A stretch of 32,000 nt of DNA from Moraxella nasicaprae (GCF_025643275.1 NZ_CP089977.1:1320001-1352000); one strand, 5' to 3'. Counted from the first letter of the stretch, positions 1-8,683 are shown. The notes: generated from the letters alone by a model not told the origin. Made by a program: numbers and translations.

Positions 1-160
1 TGCCAGTCAAGTGATGCAAGTTTTTGCTCACAAACTCAGTCAGACGCTCACACACAGCCCCTCAAAGCTCATTCGTCATGTCGCCATGCATGCTGATGCC
101 AATACGCTGGATATGGTGTCGCATGAGCTGATACATGGCTATCGTGATAAGCAGGTGTGA
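1..160 (+). CDS. hemA: Glutamyl-tRNA reductase, C-terminal fragment (start lies upstream of window)
   Basis: Frame 2 is open from the window edge to TGA at 158-160. The translation ..VFAHKLSQTLTHSPSKLIRHVAMHADANTLDMVSHELIHGYRDKQV resembles the C-terminal segment of E. coli HemA (..[23 protein letters not shown]..L..). It is not in the ORF track because it has no start codon in the window. Confidence 0.5.
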   Translation, partial: ASQVMQVFAHKLSQTLTHSPSKLIRHVAMHADANTLDMVSHELIHGYRDKQV

Positions 161-173
161 TGCCTGCTTTTTT
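149..173 (+). terminator. Rho-independent terminator after hemA
   Basis: Stem AAGCAGG (149-155) pairs with CCTGCTT (163-169) around a 7-nt loop that contains the stop codon. A T-run follows to 173. Confidence 0.55.
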
Positions 174-378
174 GATGCTTGATTTTTTGGGATTGGCTTG
201 GTAAATTGAACATCATCTCGCCAAGTGTTTGTGTTGTTTTGGGCAAGGCTGTCAGGTTGATTTTTTGGTCATGATGCCACCATAGGCTTGATGGATTAGG
301 CTGATGAGCGAGATATTTAGGCGTATTTTCTTAACTGTTTTTTATGGATACATCAGTAATAATACAAGGAGCAATTTT

Positions 379-1523
379 ATGCCTGCATTAAGAAATGACA
401 TCGACCCAGATGGATTATTGGAATATTCGGTGGTCTATACCGACCGAGCATTGAATCATATGTCCAAGCAGTTTTGTGCGGTGATGACGGATTTATCCAC
501 CGAATTAAAAGCCCTATATCAGGCTGATGCTGTCGCCATTGTGCCAGGTTCTGGCACTTCTGGCATGGAGGCGTGGTGCGTGCGTTGGCGGACAATCAAG
601 ACTGCGTGGTGGTGCGAAATGGCTGGTTTAGCTATCGCTGGACGCAGATTTTGCAGGCGACAGGTGTTGCCAAGTCCAGTCAGGTATTTTGTGCCAGCAC
701 CACGATGGTTGATGGCGTGCCAATGTTTGCCCCAGCAGACATCGATGAAATCACCAGCCATATTAAAACTCATAAGCCCAAAGTGGTCTTTGTCCCTCAT
801 GTAGAGACAGCGTCTGGCATGATGGTGAGCGATGAATATATCAGGCAGCTTGGCGAGGCTGTACATCAAGTTGGGGGTTTGTTGGTGGTGGATTGTATCG
901 CCTCAGGGTGTATGTGGCTTGACATGAAGCAGCTTGGTATCGATGTACTATTGTCCGCACCACAAAAAGGTCTATCTAGCACGCCTTGTGCAGGCTTGGT
1001 GATGTTGTCTAAGACTGCCAAAGAAGCGGTATTGGCAAGTCATTCATCAAGTTTTGCCCTAGATTTAAAAGCATGGCTAAACATCATGCTGGCTTATGAA
1101 AATGGCGGTCATGCCTATCATGCAACCATGCCAACCGATGGGCTAAAACAGCTCAGAGATGCGTTATTTGAAGCAAAAAATATTGGCTATGATGCCCTAA
1201 AAATCGCCCAAAAACAGCTTGGCGAGAGGATTTTGGCAGTGCTGGCACAATATGGCATCAAAAGCGTGGCAATGCCTGATGTCCAAGCCTATGGCGTGGT
1301 GGTGTGTCATGCACCAACCCAAGACATTCAAAAAGGCACACCATTTGCCCAAGCAGGCGTGCAGATTGCTGCTGGCGTGCCACTACAAGTGGGCGAGCCT
1401 GAGAGTTATCAAAGTTTTCGCATTGGGCTGTTTGGGCTGGACAAGCTGACTGATGTGGCAGGTACGATTGAGCGATTTGCCAATGTCGCCAAGCAGGTTT
1501 TCGCCAATAATCTGATGAAATAA
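379..1523 (+). pseudogene. Class V (AGXT/serine-pyruvate type) PLP-dependent aminotransferase, interrupted by a 1-nt frameshift near 571-576
   Basis: The N-terminal 65 aa (MPALRNDIDPDGLLEYSVVYTDRALNHM...VPGSGTSGMEA) are in frame 1, starting at ATG 379 with AAGGA at 366-370. The remaining ~316 aa (VVRALADNQDCVVVRNGWFSYRW...VPHVETASGMMV...) continue in frame 3 (ORF 573..1523). Adding a single G after GAGGCG at 573 restores ..GMEAVVRALADN.. as one ~381 aa protein, a typical length for this family. Confidence 0.75.
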
Positions 1524-1533
1524 AGGAGCGGTT

Positions 1534-3036
1534 ATGTCATTGAACGAACAAGCATATCAAGAAAATCTGGCAGTGGTGTCAGGGTTTGAGCCATCGTTAT
1601 TATGGCGATGGTTTGCCCGCATTGGAGCGATTGCTCACCCAAGCTATCATGAAGAGGCATTGGCAAACGACATCGTTGATTGGGCAAAAAGTCAGGGCTT
1701 GCCTGTACGCCGTGATGCGGTGGGTAATGTTATCATTAACAAAGCTGCCACCAACGGTATGCAGGATATGCCAACGATTGCTTTACAAGCTCATCTGGAT
1801 ATGGTACCACAAGCCAATGCCGATACAGTGCATGATTTTACCAAAGACCCCATTCGTTTTCGTCTCAATCCTGACAATCCACAGTGGCTGATGGCAACTG
1901 GCACGACTTTGGGTGCAGATAATGGCATTGGCTTGGCAAGCTGTTTGGCGGTGCTAGAAAGCAAAGAGATTGCTCACCCAGCCCTTGAAGTGCTTTTGAC
2001 CATGACCGAAGAGACTGGCATGGTGGGTGCGATTGGGTTGGCGGCTAATGAGCTGTCTGCCAGCATGATGATAAATACCGACACCGAAGAGATTGGCGAG
2101 GTGTATATTGGGTGTGCTGGTGGTATTGATGCCGATGTGAGTTTGCCTGTGGCGTATGAAGACAGTGATTTTGATGCAGCATTATCCATTAGCATCAAAG
2201 GCTTGCGTGGCGGACATTCTGGCATTGATATTCACAAAAATCGCGGCAATGCCATCAAGCTGATTGCCAGAGTGTTGGCGACATTGCAGCAGTCGGGCGG
2301 GCATTTTACCATCGTGCAGGTGCAAGGTGGTACGCTTAGAAATGCCATTCCACGAGAGGCGTCTGCCATCATCGCTTGCCAAGCTGAACAAAAAAATCAG
2401 CTTACCGTCAAAATTGAGGCGATTTGTCAGCAGATTTTTGAGGAAATCAAGCAAGCAGAATCGGGTTTCGTCAGTTTGGTGCAAGATACTCAGTTTGATG
2501 GCAGGGCAATCAGTACATCAGACAGTGATAAGCTGATTGGTTTGATGAATGCACTGCCTAGTGGTGTGGTGCGATACAGCGATACGGTAGAAGATACTGT
2601 GGAGACCTCATTATCGCTTGGACGAGTGGGTATTGTTGATGGTCAATTTGAGGCAGTGCTACTTGTGCGTTCACTGATTGAGTCTGGCAAAGAGGCAATC
2701 TGCACTGTGATTGACAGTATTGCTCGTTTGGCTGGGGCAAAAGCGGTGTTTGACGGTGGTTATGTGGGCTGGAATCCTGAACCAAACTCTGCCATCACTC
2801 AGCTGACCATCAAAGAGTACACCAAGATTTTGGGAACATTGCCACAGGTCAAGGTCATTCACGCAGGGTTAGAATGTGGTCTGATTAAGCAAAGCCACCC
2901 AAATCTTGATATTGTATCGATTGGACCTACCATCAAAAATGCTCACTCACCTGATGAGATGGTGGATATTGCCAGTGTTGATGTGTACTGGCAGTTGTTG
3001 GTGCGTATCTTGGCAAACATCAAGGCATCAGCGTGA
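1534..3036 (+). CDS. pepD: Aminoacyl-histidine (Xaa-His) dipeptidase, M20 family
   Basis: The 500 aa ORF is collinear with E. coli PepD. Shared blocks include HPSYHEE, LQAHLDMVPQ, DTVHDFTKDPI, GTTLGADNGIG, LEVLLTMTEE, GCAGG, LKGGHSG, GGTLRNAIPREA, IHAGLECG and SIGPTI..HSPDE. AAGGAG lies 5-10 nt upstream of the ATG. Confidence 0.95.
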   Translation: MSLNEQAYQENLAVVSGFEPSLLWRWFARIGAIAHPSYHEEALANDIVDWAKSQGLPVRRDAVGNVIINKAATNGMQDMPTIALQAHLDMVPQANADTVHDFTKDPIRFRLNPDNPQWLMATGTTLGADNGIGLASCLAVLESKEIAHPALEVLLTMTEETGMVGAIGLAANELSASMMINTDTEEIGEVYIGCAGGIDADVSLPVAYEDSDFDAALSISIKGLRGGHSGIDIHKNRGNAIKLIARVLATLQQSGGHFTIVQVQGGTLRNAIPREASAIIACQAEQKNQLTVKIEAICQQIFEEIKQAESGFVSLVQDTQFDGRAISTSDSDKLIGLMNALPSGVVRYSDTVEDTVETSLSLGRVGIVDGQFEAVLLVRSLIESGKEAICTVIDSIARLAGAKAVFDGGYVGWNPEPNSAITQLTIKEYTKILGTLPQVKVIHAGLECGLIKQSHPNLDIVSIGPTIKNAHSPDEMVDIASVDVYWQLLVRILANIKASA

Positions 3037-3497
3037 CATCTGCGGTTTTACGCCATAATTTTTGGCAAAATCATCGCCTTGATGAGCTAAACGATGCTGA
3101 ATGGGAGGCGTTGTGTGATGGCTGCGGGGTCTGTTGTTTGGTGAAGTTTTTGGACGAAGATGATGTTCGCTTTACTGAATACACCGATGTGGCGTGCAAA
3201 TTGCTTGATTGTCAAACAGGGCATTGTCGTGATTATGCTCATCGACAAACCCAAGTACCTGATTGCATCCGCCTGACGGTACAGATGTTGCCACAGATGA
3301 TGTGGCTACCTAGACATTGTGCCTACAAAAGATTGTACTTGGGTCAATCTTTACCAAGCTGGCATCGATTGATGTCGGGTCAAGATACGCATCAGGCTGG
3401 TTTTGCCAAAGTCTCAGTGGCAGGCAGGTGTGTCAGCGAGCTTGATTTTGATGATGAACAAATCGAAGAGCGTATCGTGCGATGGGTGAAGATTTGA
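3033..3497 (+). CDS. ycgN: YcgN-family (UPF0260) cysteine-cluster protein
   Basis: 154 aa with FWQ...LDELNDAEWEALCDGCGVCCL...VACKLLD..TGHCRDY....PDCIRLT...WLP..CAYK, matching the E. coli YcgN pattern. The GTG start at 3033 overlaps the pepD stop (GTGA), and there is no in-frame ATG near the N-terminus. Confidence 0.85.
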   Translation: MTSAVLRHNFWQNHRLDELNDAEWEALCDGCGVCCLVKFLDEDDVRFTEYTDVACKLLDCQTGHCRDYAHRQTQVPDCIRLTVQMLPQMMWLPRHCAYKRLYLGQSLPSWHRLMSGQDTHQAGFAKVSVAGRCVSELDFDDEQIEERIVRWVKI

Positions 3498-3604
3498 ATT
3501 TTTTTGTCAATTTTGATGAAGATGCTTGAATAATATGTGCCAATCGGCTACATTGTACGATAATTTTTTTACCAATAGCTAAAAGAGGTTAGTCAATACC
3601 GTTC

Positions 3605-4468
3605 ATGTCTGATGATTCTGGTAGTTGGTCGATGAGGGGGCTAAAACGCTGGTTATCCACCGCCCCTGAGACCCGTGATGATTTATTAAAACTTGTCCAA
3701 GATTCCCGTCAATTTTTGGAGCCTGATACAGTCGATATGCTCGAAGGCGTGCTAGATTTACCTGCCACGCAAGTACGAGAAATCATGACACCCCGTCCAC
3801 AGGTTGCCGCCGTCAGCAGTGGCGATGATTTATCAGAAATTTTGGCGATGGTGCTAGAAACAGAGCATTCTCGCTATCCTGTTTTTGATAGTCAAGACGA
3901 TAATGCGGTGGTGGGAATTTTGCTTGCCAAAGATTTAATCCCAATCCTAAAAGCCAAAACCGAAGGGCAAGACCATGCCCTAAGATTGAGTGAATTGGTA
4001 CGAAAGCCCTTGTACATCAGCGAAACAGCTCGTTGTGATACGCTGTTAAGACTGCTCCAAAAAGCCCAAGTGCATATGGCGATTGTGGTTGATGAGTTTG
4101 GTTCTGTGTCTGGCGTGGTTACGATGGAAGACTTGCTTGAAGAGATTGTGGGCGACATCGTTGATGAGCATGATGACATTGATGAAGATAGCGACATCAA
4201 TAACATCGTTCCACATTCTGAAAAATCAGGCGTATGGCTTGTGCAAGCCTCGACACTCATCAGCGACTGTAATGAGATTTTGGGCAGTCATTTTGATGAC
4301 ACCGATGTCGATACGATGGGTGGCTTGGTGATGCAAGCATTGGGTTCAGTCAGCCATCTAGAAGGCGAGGTGGTGCAGATTGACGATTGGCAAATCACCA
4401 TTGTTGATGTTGATGGACGATTTATCCATCTGCTTGAACTGGTGATGGTGCCACAGCCTGCGGAATAA
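3605..4468 (+). CDS. corC: CorC/YbeX family Mg/Co efflux-associated protein (CBS pair + CorC_HlyC domain)
   Basis: 287 aa. The N-terminus MSDD.., then DMLEGVLDL....VREIMTPR, HSRYPV, HMAIVVDEFG.VSG.VT.EDLLEEIVG.I.DE and VDT.GGLVMQA are collinear with E. coli CorC. lnt lies immediately downstream, as in E. coli. Confidence 0.9.
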   Translation: MSDDSGSWSMRGLKRWLSTAPETRDDLLKLVQDSRQFLEPDTVDMLEGVLDLPATQVREIMTPRPQVAAVSSGDDLSEILAMVLETEHSRYPVFDSQDDNAVVGILLAKDLIPILKAKTEGQDHALRLSELVRKPLYISETARCDTLLRLLQKAQVHMAIVVDEFGSVSGVVTMEDLLEEIVGDIVDEHDDIDEDSDINNIVPHSEKSGVWLVQASTLISDCNEILGSHFDDTDVDTMGGLVMQALGSVSHLEGEVVQIDDWQITIVDVDGRFIHLLELVMVPQPAE

Positions 4469-4472
4469 TCTT

Positions 4473-4506
4473 AAAAAAATCCATCTGATGACAGGTGGAT
4501 TTTTTC
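4473..4506 (+). terminator. Hairpin plus T-tract after corC (A-tract on the 5' side, so possibly bidirectional)
   Basis: AAAAAAATCCATCTG-ATGA-CAGGTGGATTTTTT. The 9-bp stem (4480-4500, one G:U pair) is followed by TTTTT at 4501-4505. Confidence 0.55.
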
Positions 4507-4589
4507 TTGGTAAATGGTCAGATATACTCGCTAAAATTGGCAAAATTTGCTAAAATCTATCCCAAATTCGTTATCAATATTCAACCCTT

Positions 4590-6179
4590 ATGGCAACGCA
4601 TATCCCAACTGGCAAATCCACCCCAAAAATTCTAAAAGCCACCAGTGCTCATCAGACCAAGACCAATTCAGGCTTACCAATAGGTATTTTGTTACTATTG
4701 GCATTGGCGGCAGGGGCGATGTTTAGTTTGGCGTTAGCACCCTATTATCTATACCCAATCGCCATCATTTCGCCAATGGTGCTGTATGCACTGCTGACCG
4801 CCAAGAATGATGGCAGACGAGCATTTTGGCTGGGTCAGTTTTATGGGTTTGGTACTTGGGCAGTTGGGGCGTTTTGGCTATACACCTCGATTCATGAATA
4901 TGGCGGTATCCCAAATTATCTTGCTTTGATGATGATTGGGGCGATGGCTTTTATCATGGGACTGTTTCATGGTGTGATGTCGTGGGTGTTTGTGCGATTT
5001 TTGGGTCGTCAGCCATTGGCATTTGCAGGGCTTTGGGTGTTGCAAGAGTGGCTAAAAACTTGGCTTTTGACTGGATTTCCTTGGCTGTTTGTGGGTTATG
5101 CCTTCACCGAAGTAACTTGGCTGAATGGACTTGCCCCCATCACGGGCGTGTTTGGTTTAAGCTTCTTGGCGGTGCTGTTTGGGGCGGCGACCATCGAACT
5201 ATTTCGCCATCGTGGGGGCTATATGGCGATTGCTGGATTATTGGCGATTGCCACAAGCATCATCTCTTATGTTGCTCCTGCTTGGACTAAGCCAACAGGC
5301 GATAAACTGCAAGTATCGTTGGTGCAAGGCAATATCCCCCAAGACCTAAAATGGCTGGCGGAATATCGCCTAGAAAGCCTAAATATCTACGCCAAACTGA
5401 CCCAAAGTGAGTGGGGTAGAGATGTTGTGATTTGGCCAGAGGCAGCCGTTCCCATTTTTCAAGATGAAATCGCTCCTTTGCTGGCAGAGATTTACAACCA
5501 TGCACACGCCTCGGGCAGTAGCTGGATTACGGGTATTCCTTATCGTGAAGAGGGGCGACTGTATAATGGCGTGATGAGTTTTGATGATAAGGTTGGCGTG
5601 TATCGTAAACAGAATCTAGTGCCATTTGGCGAGTACATTCCATTTTCAGGATTGTTGAATATTTTGCCAAATCTACCTGGATTGCCTGAACCATTTAGCA
5701 AGGGCGATGCAAATCAAGCCCCTTTGAGCATCAAAAATAAAGCAGCAGGCGTGGCGATTTGCTACGAAGTGGCTTATCCTGACACCACTCGCCAAAATGC
5801 CAAAAACAGCGATTTTCTTTTGACGGTTTCTAATGATGCGTGGTTTGGTACTTCGGCAGGGCCACTACAACATTTACAAATGGTGCAAATGCGTAGCCTT
5901 GAAAATGGTCGTTGGTTTGTGCGAGCAACCAATAATGGCGTGACAGCCATCATCAACGAAAAAGGTCAGGTTGTGTCTAGCTTACCGCAGTTTGTCCCAG
6001 CGGTATTGCGTGGTGAGGTGCTTGGCTTTGTGGGCAGTACGCCGTACGCCATCTTGGGGCATTATCCGATATTGGTGGTGTCGGTGTTGTTGATTTTGTT
6101 AAGTGGTGTTGTGCGTTTGACAGCAAATCACAGCTCATCTCGTGAAAAGCACTACACCGCCAATGGTGTGCGTGATTGA
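4590..6179 (+). CDS. lnt: Apolipoprotein N-acyltransferase
   Basis: 529 aa. The N-terminal half is multi-pass hydrophobic. The C-terminal half is a nitrilase/CN-hydrolase-type domain (VSLVQGNIPQ..KW, VIWPE, K..LVPFGEYIP, ICYE..YP, SNDAWFG.S..P.QH.QM..MR..E..R). It sits in the conserved position downstream of corC. Confidence 0.9.
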   Translation: MATHIPTGKSTPKILKATSAHQTKTNSGLPIGILLLLALAAGAMFSLALAPYYLYPIAIISPMVLYALLTAKNDGRRAFWLGQFYGFGTWAVGAFWLYTSIHEYGGIPNYLALMMIGAMAFIMGLFHGVMSWVFVRFLGRQPLAFAGLWVLQEWLKTWLLTGFPWLFVGYAFTEVTWLNGLAPITGVFGLSFLAVLFGAATIELFRHRGGYMAIAGLLAIATSIISYVAPAWTKPTGDKLQVSLVQGNIPQDLKWLAEYRLESLNIYAKLTQSEWGRDVVIWPEAAVPIFQDEIAPLLAEIYNHAHASGSSWITGIPYREEGRLYNGVMSFDDKVGVYRKQNLVPFGEYIPFSGLLNILPNLPGLPEPFSKGDANQAPLSIKNKAAGVAICYEVAYPDTTRQNAKNSDFLLTVSNDAWFGTSAGPLQHLQMVQMRSLENGRWFVRATNNGVTAIINEKGQVVSSLPQFVPAVLRGEVLGFVGSTPYAILGHYPILVVSVLLILLSGVVRLTANHSSSREKHYTANGVRD

Positions 6180-6214
6180 TTTTGTAAAATAATTCCTTAT
6201 TTGACAAAAGGAAT

Positions 6215-6244
6215 TTTACAAAAAGCCATCGTTTGGTATATAAT
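6215..6244 (+). promoter_or_regulatory. Sigma70-like promoter for the 6283 gene
   Basis: -35 TTTACA (6215-6220), 18-nt spacer, -10 TATAAT (6239-6244), about 40 nt upstream of the ATG at 6283. Confidence 0.5.
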
Positions 6245-6282
6245 AGAGAAAAAATTTCCCAACCCATTTAGGCAGGTAACTT

Positions 6283-6702
6283 ATGGCACATGATGCTTCT
6301 GAAAACAACCCACTAAAAGAATCACTAACAGCATTGGTTGGTATCGCATTATTATTGACCATCATTGGCGGTATTGCTATTTCGGCATTTTTGCGTCCAG
6401 CAGGCGAACATCAACCTGCCGAAGAAGCTGTGGCTGAACAAGCAGCACCAGCGGAGCAGCCAACAACTGAGCAGCCAGCCCAAGAAGAACAAAAACCAGC
6501 AGCCGAAGGCGAACAAGCAGCCCAAGCTGATGCCAAAGAGCAGGAACAACCAGCTTCAACTGACGCTAAGCCAGCTGAGCAAGCCAAGACAGATGACAAA
6601 CAAGCTGAGCAAGCACAACCAGCTGAACAAGGCGAACAAGCAGCTCAAACAGAGCAGCCAGCCGAACAAGCACCAGCCAGCACCCAAGAAGAAGCCAAAT
6701 AA
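6283..6702 (+). CDS. Hypothetical membrane-anchored protein with an acidic Glu/Gln/Ala/Pro-rich low-complexity tail
   Basis: 139 aa. It has one hydrophobic helix (LTALVGIALLLTIIGGIAISAFL) followed by ~100 aa of degenerate PAEQ/AEQA repeats with no globular domain. It is bracketed by its own promoter-like and terminator signals. I chose this frame over the overlapping ORFs because it has the ATG, the TM helix and a clean stop just before the terminator. Confidence 0.6.
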   Translation: MAHDASENNPLKESLTALVGIALLLTIIGGIAISAFLRPAGEHQPAEEAVAEQAAPAEQPTTEQPAQEEQKPAAEGEQAAQADAKEQEQPASTDAKPAEQAKTDDKQAEQAQPAEQGEQAAQTEQPAEQAPASTQEEAK

Positions 6703-6723
6703 TCTAGTGATGGCTGATGAATC

Positions 6724-6753
6724 AAACCCTTGCATGACAAGGGTTTATTTTTT
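6724..6753 (+). terminator. Rho-independent terminator of the 6283 gene
   Basis: Perfect 9-bp stem AAACCCTTG (6724-6732) / CAAGGGTTT (6738-6746) with a 5-nt loop, followed by ATTTTTT. Confidence 0.8.
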
Positions 6754-6780
6754 GCCAAATGCCATTGAATGTGGCATAAT
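6752..6780 (+). promoter_or_regulatory. Candidate promoter of the aminopeptidase gene
   Basis: -35 TTGCCA (6752-6757), 17-nt spacer, -10 CATAAT (6775-6780), 47 nt upstream of the ATG at 6828. Confidence 0.4.
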
Positions 6781-6827
6781 GGCAACTGTCTGACGATTTT
6801 GTTTTTTGTTTATTATAAGGAAATATT

Positions 6828-8621
6828 ATGTCTTACTCTACCCAAATTCGTGAACGCTTGACCGCCGCTCGTGCCTTGATGGCAAAGCAGGGCGTTGATG
6901 CACTCATCGTACCGTCAGCTGACCCGCACATGTCTGAATACTTGCCAAATTTTTGGCAGGGTCGTGAATGGCTGTCTGGCTTTACTGGGTCGGTTGGCAC
7001 TTTGGTTGTCACACAAGACTATGCAGGTCTATGGACGGATAGTCGTTATTGGGTACAGGCCCCAATTCAGTTGGCTGATACAGGCATCGAACTGCAAAAA
7101 ATGCAAATCGGTCGTCCGACTTTTGCCAAGTTTTTGGCAGAGCATTTGACCGCTGGCAATAAAGTTGCCATTGATGGAGCGGTGCTTTCTTTGAACGAAT
7201 ATGACACCTTGACGGCTGCTTTTGCGGGCAAAGATATTGAGCTGGTGACTGATTTGGATTTATTGGCACAGATTTGGCAAGACCGTCCAACTTTGCCAGC
7301 TGAGCCGATTTATGCTCACCCAGCACAGTTTGTAGATACCAGCATTGCCCAAAAACTTGCCCAAGTGCGTGATATGATGGCAGAGCAGGGAGCGGATTAC
7401 CATCTGATTTCTAGCCTTGATGATATTGCATGGCTGACTAATTTGCGTGGCAGTGATGTTGATTATAATCCTGTTTTTTTGGCACATTTATTGATTGGCA
7501 AGCAAACCGCTACTTTGTTCGTTGCCAAGCATAAATTAAACGATGAATTGACCACCGCTTTATCGCAAGCAGGCATTGAAGTGTCTGATTATGAGGCGGT
7601 TCATCAGGCGGTCGGTCAGGTTGGCGGTAGCTTGCTCATCGACCCAATGAGAGCAGCGGTTGGTACGATTGGTCAGTTGTCAGCACAGGTGCAACTCATC
7701 AAAGCCATCAACCCAAGCACACTGCTAAAAGCCATCAAATCCGATGCTGATATTGAGCATGTCAGAGAGGCAATGCGTCAAGATGGTGCGGCATTGTGTG
7801 AATTTTTTGTGGCTTTTGAGAATAAAGTCAATGCAGGCGAGGCGGTCAGTGAGCTTGATATTGCCGATATGTTGATTGAGGCACGCAGTCGTCAGCCACA
7901 TTATGTATCGCCAAGTTTCGACACCATCGCAGGCTTTCGTGGCAATGGGGCGATTGTCCATTATAAAGCCACCGAAGACAGTTATAGCCAGATTGAGGGC
8001 GATGGTCTGATTTTGATTGACTCTGGTGCTCAATATCACAACGGCACTACCGACATCACTCGTATGGCAAGCGTTGGCAACATCAGTGATGATGAGAAAA
8101 AAGATGTGACTTATGTCCTAAAAGCTCATATTGCGTTGGCGACAGCTCATTTCCCTGTCAATTTCTCCTCAGGGGCATTAGATGTGTTGACTCGCAACCA
8201 AATGTGGCAACAGGGCTTGGATTATGGTCATGGCACAGGGCATGGCGTGGGCTATTTTATGAATGTCCACGAAGGCCCTCAGGTTATCTCCATCAATGCA
8301 CCTGCATCACCAGAGCGAGTGATGAAAAAAGGCATGATTACCACCAATGAACCAGGGTTGTATCGTGAGGGCAAATGGGGTATCCGCCTAGAAAATTGCT
8401 TGGTCAATGTGCCAGCTGGCAGCAGTGAGTTTGGCGAATTTTTGAAATTTGACGAATTGACCCTATGTCCATTCGACACTCGTTTGATTTTGCCAGAACT
8501 TTTGACCGCCGAAGAGAAAGCGTGGCTTAATGCCTATCATCAGCGAGTGCATGATGAGCTGATTGGTCGAGTGGAGGGCGATGCCAAAGCATGGTTGATT
8601 GAACGCACTCAGCCAGTCTAA
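6828..8621 (+). CDS. Xaa-Pro aminopeptidase, M24B family (long three-domain form)
   Basis: 597 aa. The C-terminal pita-bread domain carries metal-ligand blocks (LIDSGAQY..GTTDITR, HGTGHGVGYFMNVHEGP, ITTNEPG.Y, GIRLEN). The N-terminus has duplicated creatinase/prolidase-like domains. Confidence 0.85.
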   Translation: MSYSTQIRERLTAARALMAKQGVDALIVPSADPHMSEYLPNFWQGREWLSGFTGSVGTLVVTQDYAGLWTDSRYWVQAPIQLADTGIELQKMQIGRPTFAKFLAEHLTAGNKVAIDGAVLSLNEYDTLTAAFAGKDIELVTDLDLLAQIWQDRPTLPAEPIYAHPAQFVDTSIAQKLAQVRDMMAEQGADYHLISSLDDIAWLTNLRGSDVDYNPVFLAHLLIGKQTATLFVAKHKLNDELTTALSQAGIEVSDYEAVHQAVGQVGGSLLIDPMRAAVGTIGQLSAQVQLIKAINPSTLLKAIKSDADIEHVREAMRQDGAALCEFFVAFENKVNAGEAVSELDIADMLIEARSRQPHYVSPSFDTIAGFRGNGAIVHYKATEDSYSQIEGDGLILIDSGAQYHNGTTDITRMASVGNISDDEKKDVTYVLKAHIALATAHFPVNFSSGALDVLTRNQMWQQGLDYGHGTGHGVGYFMNVHEGPQVISINAPASPERVMKKGMITTNEPGLYREGKWGIRLENCLVNVPAGSSEFGEFLKFDELTLCPFDTRLILPELLTAEEKAWLNAYHQRVHDELIGRVEGDAKAWLIERTQPV

Positions 8622-8633
8622 AAAGCATTGAAT

Positions 8634-8665
8634 AAAAAAACACACCGCATTTTGGTGTGTTTTTT
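8634..8665. terminator. Bidirectional terminator between the convergent aminopeptidase and pabB genes
   Basis: AAAAAAACACACC-GCATTTT-GGTGTGTTTTTT. The stem is flanked by an A-run and a T-run, so it reads as stem plus U-tract on both strands. Confidence 0.75.
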
Positions 8666-8683
8666 ATTGCCGATGGTCATGAA

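Noticed and set aside
304-378. N-terminal extensions proposed by the ORF track (304, 10171, 12692, 12914, 17709, 19165, 22791)
   Set aside because: Most of them start at GTG or TTG codons; 304 and 19165 do start at ATG, and I did not check the codon at 12914. None of the extensions has an SD. They add non-conserved residues ahead of canonical N-termini that have an ATG, in most cases preceded by a Shine-Dalgarno sequence.
565-580. Programmed -1 ribosomal frameshift in the aminotransferase
   Set aside because: There is no slippery heptamer at the junction (GGAGGCGTGGTGC) and no obvious downstream pseudoknot. A simple 1-nt indel explains the break.
6352-6793. Four additional overlapping ORFs on both strands across the low-complexity gene (6352..6549-, 6365..6793+, 6377..6559-, 6411..6599-)
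   Set aside because: Repetitive GAA/CAA/GCA/CCA-rich DNA lacks stop codons in several frames. Only the 6283..6702 frame has an ATG behind a promoter, a TM helix and a stop right before the terminator. The 6365 frame runs through the terminator hairpin.
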